DNA of 10,137 bases from Candidatus Fraserbacteria bacterium (GTDB taxonomy: Bacteria > Bipolaricaulota > Bipolaricaulia > RBG-16-55-9 > JANLFV01): the NCBI GenBank assembly GCA_037446135.1, contig JBBIJD010000059.1, positions 1 to 10,137 on the forward strand, given 5' to 3'. Shown here piece after piece: positions 1 through 7,618 of this stretch. The translations under genes and the position numbers were made by a program. Each line of letters begins with the position of its first letter. The first letter of the stretch is position 1. Below the pieces are notes generated by a model. It was not told where the DNA came from and ran no database searches. It saw only the letters and a program-made list of their open reading frames with translations.

Positions 1-1811
1 CGGACTTCTCGATCGGCGAGCGCCACAAGCTCGAGAAGATCAACATCTTCAATGGCGACGCCACCTTAAACGAGAACGCCGGGAGGTATGCCGGCCTCGA
101 CCGGTATGAAGCCCGAGCACGCATCCTGGAGGACCTAAAGCGGGAGGGGCTTCTCGAGCGGGTCGAGGACTACACTCATGCCGTCGGGCACTGTGAGCGC
201 TGCGGGACGGCGATCGAGCCGCTGATCTCGACCCAGTGGTTCGTGGAGATGGAGGAGTTGGCCAAGCCGGCGATCGAGGCCGTCCGCTCCGGGCAGATCG
301 CCCTCATCCCTAAGAACTGGGAGAAGGTCTACTTCGACTGGCTCGAGAATATTAAGGACTGGTGCATCTCCCGTCAGCTCTGGTGGGGCCACCGGATCCC
401 GGCCTGGTATTGCCGTGATTGCCATGAGGTGACGGTGAGCCGGGAGGTCCCGCAAGAGTGCTCGGCCTGCGGCTCGAAGGACCTCTACCAGGACGAGGAT
501 GTGCTCGACACCTGGTTCTCATCAGCCCTGTGGCCCTTCTCGGTGATGGGCTGGCCTGAGGAGACCCCGGAGCTAAAGTTCTTCTACCCCACGGCCATCC
601 TCTCGACCGCCCCGGAGATCCTCTTCTTCTGGGTGGCGAGGATGATCATGATGGGCCTCCACTTCATGGGGGAGATCCCCTTCCGGGAGGTCCTCCTCCA
701 TCCCACGGTCAGGGACGAGCGCGGAAGGAGGATGAGCAAGTCGTTGGGGACAGGGGTTGACCCGCTCGAATTGCGAGAGAAATATGGGATGGATGCCCTG
801 AGGTTCACCCTCGCTGCCTCCTTTAGCCGGAGCCAGGAGATGCGCCTCTCGATGCGTGACCTCGAGGGGTATCGGAAGTTCTTGAACAAGATCTGGAACG
901 CCGCTCGCCTGGCATTAATGAACCTCGAGGGGTTCAAGCCCCAAGGCTTCGCCCGCGAGGCCCTGGAGCTCTCTGACCTCTGGCTCCTCTCCCGCCTCAA
1001 CCGCCAGATCGCCGAGCTGCGCCAGGATCTCGAAAGTTATGACTTCAACCTCGCGGCCGAGGGGCTCTATAACTTCGTCTGGCACGACTTCTGCGACTGG
1101 TATCTCGAGATGATCAAGCCCCGGCTCTATGGCCCTGATCAGAAGAGGAAGAGGACCGCCCAGGAGGTCCTCTACCATTCCCTCGTGGCGATCCTGAAGA
1201 TGCTCCACCCCTTCATCCCCTACATCACCGAGGAGATCTGGCAGCTCCTCTCCTACAAGGAGGCGGAGTCGGTGATGATCGCCCCCTTCCCCAAGGCCGA
1301 GAGGGAGTGGCTCGACCAGGAGGTCGAGCGGAAGATGGCGACCTTGCAAGAACTGATCTCGGCGATCCGGACGATCCGCTCTGAGATGAATGTCCCGCCC
1401 CAGGCCCCCGCAAGGGCGATCATTCGGGCCGAGGACCAGGGGCTCAAGGAACTGGTCGAGGCCAACTGGATCTTCTTCCGCGAGCTGGCCGGGGTCCAGG
1501 AGTTCGAGGTCGGCCCCGATCTCCCCCGGCCCGAGGCGGCCCCGAGGATCATCCTCGAGGGAGCAGAAGTCTTCCTCCCACTTGAGGGGCTGATCGACAT
1601 CGCCAAGGAGCGGGCCAGGCTGGAGCGGGAGCTTTCGGAGGTCGAGCGCGAGCTGGACTCGAGCCTGCGCAAGCTGGAAGACGAGAGGTTCCTCAAGCGG
1701 GCCCCCCAGGAGATCATCGAGAAGGAGCGAGCCAAGGCCGGGGAGTTCCGCCAGCGGGCCGACCGGCTGAGGAAGAATCTCCAGATCCTGGGGAGAGGGG
1801 CAACCTCCTGA
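1..1811 (+). CDS. valS: Valine--tRNA ligase (5' end outside window)
   Basis: The frame of ORF 243..1811 is open back to the window edge (from nt 3: DFSIGERHKLEKINIFNGDATLNENAGRYAGLDRYEAR...GHCERCGTAIEPLISTQWFV). Motifs: DWCISRQLWWGHRIP, QDEDVLDTWFSSALWPF, FFWVARM, RMSKS (KMSKS variant, 729..743), CxxC zinc knuckles, and a C-terminal coiled coil (IDIAKERARLERE...FLKRAPQEIIEKER). Confidence 0.98.
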   Translation, partial: DFSIGERHKLEKINIFNGDATLNENAGRYAGLDRYEARARILEDLKREGLLERVEDYTHAVGHCERCGTAIEPLISTQWFVEMEELAKPAIEAVRSGQIALIPKNWEKVYFDWLENIKDWCISRQLWWGHRIPAWYCRDCHEVTVSREVPQECSACGSKDLYQDEDVLDTWFSSALWPFSVMGWPEETPELKFFYPTAILSTAPEILFFWVARMIMMGLHFMGEIPFREVLLHPTVRDERGRRMSKSLGTGVDPLELREKYGMDALRFTLAASFSRSQEMRLSMRDLEGYRKFLNKIWNAARLALMNLEGFKPQGFAREALELSDLWLLSRLNRQIAELRQDLESYDFNLAAEGLYNFVWHDFCDWYLEMIKPRLYGPDQKRKRTAQEVLYHSLVAILKMLHPFIPYITEEIWQLLSYKEAESVMIAPFPKAEREWLDQEVERKMATLQELISAIRTIRSEMNVPPQAPARAIIRAEDQGLKELVEANWIFFRELAGVQEFEVGPDLPRPEAAPRIILEGAEVFLPLEGLIDIAKERARLERELSEVERELDSSLRKLEDERFLKRAPQEIIEKERAKAGEFRQRADRLRKNLQILGRGATS

Positions 1812-1814
1812 GGG

Positions 1815-3086
1815 ATGGACTATAAAGCCGCATGTGCCTATCTCGAGAGCCTCCCTTCCCGGGAGGTCAAGCCCGGCCTGGAGAGGGTCTCCTACCTCCT
1901 GGAGCGGCTGGGAGATCCTCATCTCGACCTTGTGACGGTCCATGTCGGCGGGACGAACGGGAAGGGCTCGATCGTAGCGATGCTCGCCTCGATCTTGAGG
2001 GAAGCGGGCCTACGGGTCGGGGCCTATACCTCGCCTCATCTCCTCGACTGGCGGGAACGGATCAGGATCGATGGAGAATGGATCTCCGGGGAAGATTTCG
2101 CCGCCCTCCTGGAGCGGCTCCGCCCGATCATTGAGGAGATGAGCGATAAGCCCACGGTCTTCGAAGTCCTCACGGCCCTGGCCTTTCAATACCTCCGTGA
2201 GCGGGAGGTGGATCTAGCGGTGATCGAGGTCGGGCTCGGCGGACGATTCGATGCTACCAATGTTATTCATCCGCTCGTGGCGATCATCACCCATGTGGAG
2301 CGGGACCACCTGGACCTCCTCGGCCCGACTCTAGAGCATGTGGCTTGGGAGAAGGCCGGGCTGGCCAAGCCCGGGGTCCCCCTCGTGACCGGCGAGAGGA
2401 GGCAAGAGCTCCTGGAGATTATCGCTCGGGAGTGCGAGGCAGTGAGGGCCGAGCTGATCTTGGCCGATGGTGCAGCGGATCTGCTCGACTTCACTTGGGA
2501 CCGGCAGGAGTTTGCAGCCGCGGGCTGGGGTAGAGTCGAGCTCGGCCTGCTCGGGCCATATCAGCGGGAGAATCTGATCATAGCCTTAAAGGCCATCGAG
2601 GTCCTCCGTCGCTCGCTGGATCTCCCGGATGAGGTCGTCCGAAGGGGCCTGGAGCGGGCCCGCTGGCCCGGAAGGTTCCAAGTCTATCAAAAGCAGCCTT
2701 ACATCATTTTAGATGGGGCCCACAACCCTAGCGGGGCCCGGGCTCTCCGCGCCGGCCTTGAGCTATACTACGAGCGCTTTCTCGCGGGCGGCCGGAGGCT
2801 CCTCCTCTTCGGGGTGATGCGGGATAAGGAACTCGAGGCGATCGCGGAGGTGCTCTTCCCCTGGTTCAACGAGCTCTTCTTCACTAAGCCGGACTACTAC
2901 CGCGCGAGCGAGCCGGACTCATTGTGTGCCCTCGCCGCAAGATACGGCAAGCCCGCCCGAGCGCTCCTTCCCGCGAGGGAGGCCTTCCGGCTGGCTCAGG
3001 AGAAGCTTGGCGAAGCTGACCTGCTTTGCGTCACCGGCTCGCTATACTTGGTAGGGGAACTCTTACGAGACCACGATGGGGATTGA
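1815..3086 (+). CDS. folC: Bifunctional folylpolyglutamate synthase/dihydrofolate synthase
   Basis: P-loop VGGTNGKGS, YTSPHL, EVGLGGRFDATN, WPGRF, LDGAHNP and TGSLYLVG motifs. ATG lies 3 nt after the valS stop, and valS-folC is a known gene pair. Confidence 0.96.
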   Translation: MDYKAACAYLESLPSREVKPGLERVSYLLERLGDPHLDLVTVHVGGTNGKGSIVAMLASILREAGLRVGAYTSPHLLDWRERIRIDGEWISGEDFAALLERLRPIIEEMSDKPTVFEVLTALAFQYLREREVDLAVIEVGLGGRFDATNVIHPLVAIITHVERDHLDLLGPTLEHVAWEKAGLAKPGVPLVTGERRQELLEIIARECEAVRAELILADGAADLLDFTWDRQEFAAAGWGRVELGLLGPYQRENLIIALKAIEVLRRSLDLPDEVVRRGLERARWPGRFQVYQKQPYIILDGAHNPSGARALRAGLELYYERFLAGGRRLLLFGVMRDKELEAIAEVLFPWFNELFFTKPDYYRASEPDSLCALAARYGKPARALLPAREAFRLAQEKLGEADLLCVTGSLYLVGELLRDHDGD

Positions 3087-3846
3087 GGTCGCCTCGGAGT
3101 TGAAGGAGCGGATCGCCCGGGCCAAGGCCCAGGGGTTACCCCAGCACTTGGCGATCATCATGGACGGGAACGGGCGCTGGGCCCGCCGGCGGGGCGAGGC
3201 CCGGACCGCGGGCCATCGAGCCGGGCTGGAGACGGCCCGGAAGATCGTGGAGTTCGTGGGGAGAGAGCTCGGGATTAAATACTTGACGCTCTTCGCCTTC
3301 TCCAAGGAGAACTGGCGCCGCCCGAAGGAGGAGGTCGACTCCCTCATGGAGCTCTTGGCCGACTTCATGGAGAAGAATCTCGATCAGTTGATGGAGAACG
3401 GGGTCCGGCTCCGGGTCCTCGGGGAGCTCGATGGCCTCCCTCTTCGGGTCCGTCGGGGGCTGGAGCGGGCCTTGGCTCTCTCCCGGGAGAATGAGCGGCT
3501 CCATCTGAGCCTGGCGATCAACTATGGCGGGCGGCAGGAGATCCTCCGCGCCGTGGAGCGACTCCTCCAGGACTTCGCCGCAGGGACTATCCCCTCCAAG
3601 ATCGATGAGGCCCTCTTCCGGCGTTACCTCTACACCGCCGAGCTCCCTGATCCTGACCTCCTGATCCGGACTAGTGGGGAGGAGCGAATCTCGAACTTCC
3701 TCCTCTGGCAGTCGGCCTACGCCGAATTCTGGGTCACGAAGACCCTCTGGCCGGACTTCACTCCCGAGGAGCTCCTCCAAGCGGTCGAGGCCTTTCAATC
3801 GAGGCAGAGGAAGTTCGGCGGGCTCGGGGAGAGCCAGGATCATTGA
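3076..3846 (+). CDS. uppS: Undecaprenyl/polyprenyl diphosphate synthase (cis-prenyltransferase)
   Basis: PQHLAIIMDGNGRWA, FSKENWRRPKEEV, NYGGRQEI and PDPDLLIRTSGEERISNFLLWQSAYAEF motifs. Overlaps the folC end by 11 nt. Confidence 0.97.
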   Translation: MGIEVASELKERIARAKAQGLPQHLAIIMDGNGRWARRRGEARTAGHRAGLETARKIVEFVGRELGIKYLTLFAFSKENWRRPKEEVDSLMELLADFMEKNLDQLMENGVRLRVLGELDGLPLRVRRGLERALALSRENERLHLSLAINYGGRQEILRAVERLLQDFAAGTIPSKIDEALFRRYLYTAELPDPDLLIRTSGEERISNFLLWQSAYAEFWVTKTLWPDFTPEELLQAVEAFQSRQRKFGGLGESQDH

Positions 3847-4661
3847 GCGAGCTGACTAAACGGGTCCTCACCTCGATCATCCTCATCCCCTCGATCACGG
3901 CCCTCTTCTTCTTCGCCAAGCTCCTCCAGGTCGACTGGGCCGTCGGGCTCTTCCTGACTTTAGTAGCTTTTCTCGCGGGGATCGAGTATCTCGGGCTGAT
4001 CGAGCGGCTGGGCCTGCTGCTGGAGCGTTACTCCTATCTCGCCCTGATCGCCTTCTTGGAATTCGTTTATGTCTTCTTCCGCGGCCTGCACTTAGTCCTC
4101 GCCGTCACGGCCGTCTTCCTCCTCCCGATCCTCTGGTATCTCCCCCAGCCAAGGGGAGTCAAGCGGAGCTTAGCAGCGGCTTTCGGGCTGGCCTATATCC
4201 CCTGGCTCCTCCACTTCTTCTACCTCATCTACCGCGCCCCATCTTACGCCGGCTGGCTCTACGCGATGCTCCTGTTGGTCATGGGCTGGAGCTATGATAT
4301 CGGGGCCTTCTTTATCGGCTCACGGTTCGGCCGGCATAAGCTCGCCCCGCGCATCAGCCCGAAGAAGACCATCGAGGGGGCGATTGGGGGCTTCTTCTTC
4401 GCGCTTGTGGGGGCCAATCTCACCCCGATCTGGGTCAATTGGCCGGCCTGGATCCCTCATATCTTCGCCCTGGCCCTGCTCGTCTCCGCGGCCATGCAAG
4501 CTGGAGACCTCTTCGAGTCGAAGCTGAAGCGACTGGCCGGCGTTAAAGATTCAGGAGGACTATTACCAGGCCATGGGGGGATGCTCGACCGGATCGACGG
4601 GCTCCTCTTCGCTATCCCCGTCTTCTACCTCTACTTCCACTATGTCCTAAGATTCGTCTAG
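3843..4661 (+). CDS. cdsA: Phosphatidate cytidylyltransferase (CDP-diglyceride synthetase)
   Basis: Multi-TM hydrophobic protein with the signature DIGAFFIG...KLAPRISPKKTIEG...GDLFESKLKRLAGVKDSGGLLPGHGGMLDRIDG. TTG start overlaps the uppS TGA (TTGA, 3843..3846). The uppS-cdsA order is conserved in bacteria. Confidence 0.95.
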   Translation: MSELTKRVLTSIILIPSITALFFFAKLLQVDWAVGLFLTLVAFLAGIEYLGLIERLGLLLERYSYLALIAFLEFVYVFFRGLHLVLAVTAVFLLPILWYLPQPRGVKRSLAAAFGLAYIPWLLHFFYLIYRAPSYAGWLYAMLLLVMGWSYDIGAFFIGSRFGRHKLAPRISPKKTIEGAIGGFFFALVGANLTPIWVNWPAWIPHIFALALLVSAAMQAGDLFESKLKRLAGVKDSGGLLPGHGGMLDRIDGLLFAIPVFYLYFHYVLRFV

Positions 4662-5605
4662 CCCCAGGAGATGAGCTCCCATAGCCCGAAGGCTAAGAGC
4701 CCGGCGAGCGCGGGTGTGGCGACCCAGCCGATCCCGATCATGACTAACATCTCGTAGCTGACGGTCCGGACACCCTTGACCAGCCCAATCCCCGCCAGGG
4801 CCCCCACGATCGCTTGAGAGGTTGAGATCGGGACCCCGGCGAAGGCGAACCCGTGGGCGACGAGCGCGATCGCGGTCTGGGTGGCGAAGGCGCTCAATGG
4901 GTCGAGGGCTACAACTCCGGAGGCGACCGTCTCGGTCACCCGGTGGCCGTAGGTGAGGGCCCCGCTCGCCAGGGCTAGGCCCCCGAGGAGGGTGATCCAG
5001 CTCGAGTGGAGGCCTATATTCGCCAGCGGGCCGATGGCGTTCCCGATATTGTTCGCCCCGAGGGAGAAGGCGGCATACCCGGCAGAGGTGAGTGTCAGCC
5101 AGTTTAAGAGGTCGCCGAGGAACCCACTCCTTCGGATCGAACGGAGGAGGAGGGCAAAGAGGTGGTAGAGCCCGAAGGCGAGCGCCAGTGCGAGGGCCGG
5201 GGAGATGACCCAGACCCCGACGATCTTGATGACTACGGAGGGATTCACCTCTGCCCCGGCGGCCAGCCCGGTCCCGATCAGCCCCCCGACGATCGCCTGG
5301 GAGGTGGAGACCGGGAGCTTGAAGAAGGTCGCGAGGGTCACACAGGCCCCGGCCGAGCTCATCGCCACGAGGAGGGCCTCCCAGGGGAGTGGGGCGGCCA
5401 CGATCCCCTTCCCGACCGTCTCCACGACCTTGGCACTCCCCAAGAGGGCTCCGAGGAGGGCGAAGGCCCCGACCAAGGCCATCGCCCGGCGATAGGGGAT
5501 CAGCCTCGACCCGACAGCGGTCCCGGCACAGTTGGCGCTATCGTTCGCCCCGATGTTCCAGCCGAGGTAAAGGCTGGCGAGGAGGAGCAGAATAATCTCG
5601 AGCAT
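4658..5605 (-). CDS. Inorganic phosphate transporter (PiT/PHO4) family anion permease, short form
   Basis: Hydrophobic 315-aa protein with two internal repeats, each carrying PiT signatures: GWNIGANDSAN...PVSTSQAIVG and GANNIGNAIGP...PISTSQAIVG. It lies downstream of a DUF47 gene. The substrate cannot be determined from sequence. Confidence 0.9.
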   Translation of the reverse strand: MLEIILLLLASLYLGWNIGANDSANCAGTAVGSRLIPYRRAMALVGAFALLGALLGSAKVVETVGKGIVAAPLPWEALLVAMSSAGACVTLATFFKLPVSTSQAIVGGLIGTGLAAGAEVNPSVVIKIVGVWVISPALALALAFGLYHLFALLLRSIRRSGFLGDLLNWLTLTSAGYAAFSLGANNIGNAIGPLANIGLHSSWITLLGGLALASGALTYGHRVTETVASGVVALDPLSAFATQTAIALVAHGFAFAGVPISTSQAIVGALAGIGLVKGVRTVSYEMLVMIGIGWVATPALAGLLAFGLWELISWG

Positions 5606-5623
5606 CGGCTGCTTGCTGAGGGG

Positions 5624-6298
5624 TCAGGCGCGGGAGGCCATGATCCTGATCCGCCCGCCGGCGTTCTCCATGTGGTCGAGGACATCCCCGAGCTTGAGCA
5701 GGACCTGGATCAGATGATACTTGGCGAAGCCATCGAGCCCCCCCTGGTGATAGATCATCATGATCAAGTCCTTCTCGAGCATGTCCACACGGTGCTCGAG
5801 GAGGTTGATCTCATCAAGGAGTTCAATGGCCCGATTGACCGCCTCCCGGCGGAAGCCCCTCTCCAGGAGGCCCTTCAAGCTCAGGGCCATCTGGCGGTAG
5901 ATCTTGACCCCTTCACGCAGGGCTTTGGGGAACTCCCGCCACTTGGCGGCCAGCTCCTCCGGGAGCTCAAGCTCCATCAAGGGGAGGAGCCCAGCAGCGT
6001 CCTGGGCCACATCGGCGATCTCGTCCTGCTGCCAGATGAACTCCAGTAGGTCCGAGCGGTTGACCGGCATGAAGGAGTCGGTCCGTGGGAGGGTGGCCCG
6101 CACCTGAGACTTGAGGAGGTCGGCCTCATGCTCGAGCTGGGCGACCCTCTCGCTCCGCTCACCCACGGGCCGCCGGTCGAGGTAGTCCTCGACAGCCTGG
6201 GCCAGTTCCTCGACCGTCGCGCAGACCTTCTCCGCATGCTGGACGAGGAGATCGAGGGCCGGGTATTGATAGACCAACCGCCGAAAGAGCTTATTCAT
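5624..6298 (-). CDS. DUF47/TIGR00153 family PhoU-like PiT accessory protein
   Basis: Helical 224-aa protein with repeated LEHEAD...QDEIAD and LEHRVD...GDVLDHMENAG motifs plus FMPVNRSDLL, typical of DUF47. It sits directly upstream of the PiT gene, the usual context. Confidence 0.88.
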   Translation of the reverse strand: MNKLFRRLVYQYPALDLLVQHAEKVCATVEELAQAVEDYLDRRPVGERSERVAQLEHEADLLKSQVRATLPRTDSFMPVNRSDLLEFIWQQDEIADVAQDAAGLLPLMELELPEELAAKWREFPKALREGVKIYRQMALSLKGLLERGFRREAVNRAIELLDEINLLEHRVDMLEKDLIMMIYHQGGLDGFAKYHLIQVLLKLGDVLDHMENAGGRIRIMASRA

Positions 6299-6303
6299 TT
6301 GAT

Positions 6304-7557
6304 TTAGCTCCGCACGCGGAAGGCCGCCCGGGCCTCCTCCACAGCCGCGGCGAGCCGTTCGACCTCCTCCTCGGTGTTGTAGATGTAGAAGCTGGCGCGG
6401 GCGGCGAACTCCATCCCCAGCCGGCGCATCAGCGGCTGAGCGCAGTGGTGGCCGCTCCGGATCGCGATCCCCTCGCTATCTAGGACCATCGCTAGGTCGT
6501 GGGGGTGGACCCCTTCGAGGTTGAAGGAGATGATCCCCAATCGCTCGGCCTCGTCTGGAGCAGGGCCGTAGAGCTTGACCCCCTCCAGGCGAGAGAGCCC
6601 CTCCCAGGCGAACTCCAAGAGCCGCCGCTCATGCTCGTAGACCGCTTCCATCCCCAGCCTCTTTAGGTATTCGACCGCCGCAGCGAGCCCGATCCCACCG
6701 GCGATGTTGGCCGTCCCGGCCTCGAACTTCCAGGGGAGCTTGTTCCAGGTCGCTCCCTCAAGGGTCACGGTCTCGATCATGTCCCCTCCGTAGAGGAAGG
6801 GCTCCATCTCCTCCAGGAGCTCTCGCTTGGCATAGAGGAAGCCGGTCCCGGTCGGGCCGAGCATCTTGTGGCCGCTGGCGGCGAGGAAGTCGCAATCCAA
6901 TTCCTTCACATCTACCGGGAGGTGGGGGATCGCCTGAGCGCCATCGAGGAGGACCAAGGCCCCGACGCGGTGAGCCGCCTCAATGATCTCCTCCACAGGG
7001 TTGACCGTCCCCAAGACATTCGAGGCATAGATGCAGCCGACGAGCCTCGTCCTCTTCGTGAGCAGCTCGGGGAGCTCCTCGAGCTTGAGCCGGCCTCGCT
7101 CGTCCACATCGATGAACTTGAGCGAGACCCCTTTGAGTCGGCGGAGGGCCTGCCAGGGGACGAGGTTCGAGTGGTGCTCCATGACAGTGAGGAGGAGTTC
7201 ATCCCCCTCGCGGAGCTCCCACAAGCCCCAGGCATAGGCCACCAGATTGAGGGCTTCCGTGGCGTTCCTGGTGAAGATGATCTCCTCCGGCCCGGCGGCG
7301 CCGATGAACTCCGCGACTTTCCGATGGGCCTCCTCATATGCGACCGTCGCCTCATGGCTCAAGGTGTGGACGGCCCGATGGACATTCGCATTCCTCTGCT
7401 CGTAAAATTCTTCCATCGCCTCAAGCACTGGACGAGGCTTCTGGGTCGTCGCGGCATTGTCCAGATAGGCCAGTGGCTTCCCTCCGATCCGGCGGGCGAG
7501 GATCGGGAAGTCCTTGCGGATCTCATTTGGATCAAGTCTTCTCATGATCTTGGTCAT
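6304..7557 (-). CDS. sufS: SufS-type (group II) cysteine desulfurase / selenocysteine lyase
   Basis: IRKDFPIL, YLDNAATTQKP, MEHHSNLVPWQ, PLP-lysine motif SGHKMLGPTG, FEAGT and catalytic RSGHHCAQPL. Start revised from 7755 to ATG 7557 (GGGAG upstream). ATG 7545 is an alternative start. Confidence 0.93.
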   Translation of the reverse strand: MTKIMRRLDPNEIRKDFPILARRIGGKPLAYLDNAATTQKPRPVLEAMEEFYEQRNANVHRAVHTLSHEATVAYEEAHRKVAEFIGAAGPEEIIFTRNATEALNLVAYAWGLWELREGDELLLTVMEHHSNLVPWQALRRLKGVSLKFIDVDERGRLKLEELPELLTKRTRLVGCIYASNVLGTVNPVEEIIEAAHRVGALVLLDGAQAIPHLPVDVKELDCDFLAASGHKMLGPTGTGFLYAKRELLEEMEPFLYGGDMIETVTLEGATWNKLPWKFEAGTANIAGGIGLAAAVEYLKRLGMEAVYEHERRLLEFAWEGLSRLEGVKLYGPAPDEAERLGIISFNLEGVHPHDLAMVLDSEGIAIRSGHHCAQPLMRRLGMEFAARASFYIYNTEEEVERLAAAVEEARAAFRVRS

Positions 7558-7570
7558 CCCCGACTCCCGG

Positions 7571-7599
7571 AGGATACCGCAAGCGAGCTGCCTCGGCAA
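7571..7599 (-). promoter_or_regulatory. Putative sigma70-type promoter for the sufS-DUF47-PiT unit
   Basis: The minus strand reads TTGCCG (7599..7594), a 17-nt spacer, then TATCCT (7576..7571), ending 13 nt upstream of ATG 7557. Confidence 0.55.
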
Positions 7600-7601
7600 G
7601 G

Positions 7602-7610
7602 TGGTAGAAT
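7602..7610 (+). promoter_or_regulatory. Putative extended -10 promoter (TGnTAGAAT) for gatB, probably giving a leaderless or near-leaderless mRNA
   Basis: TG-G-TAGAAT at 7602..7610, then 8 nt, then ATG 7619. There is no clear -35 box and no Shine-Dalgarno between the motif and the ATG. Confidence 0.55.
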
Positions 7611-7618
7611 ACCCCGAG

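Noticed and set aside
606..743. ValS motif variants TAPEILFFW (vs TGxDI) and RMSKS (vs KMSKS)
   Set aside because: These are conservative changes that keep the catalytic second lysine. There is no evidence of altered function.
915..1943. Long antisense or alternate-frame ORFs (e.g. 915..1943 -, 3136..3843 -, 5162..6049 +, 6868..7749 +)
   Set aside because: They are shadow ORFs of well-conserved genes, expected with high GC at third codon positions, and show no recognisable motifs.
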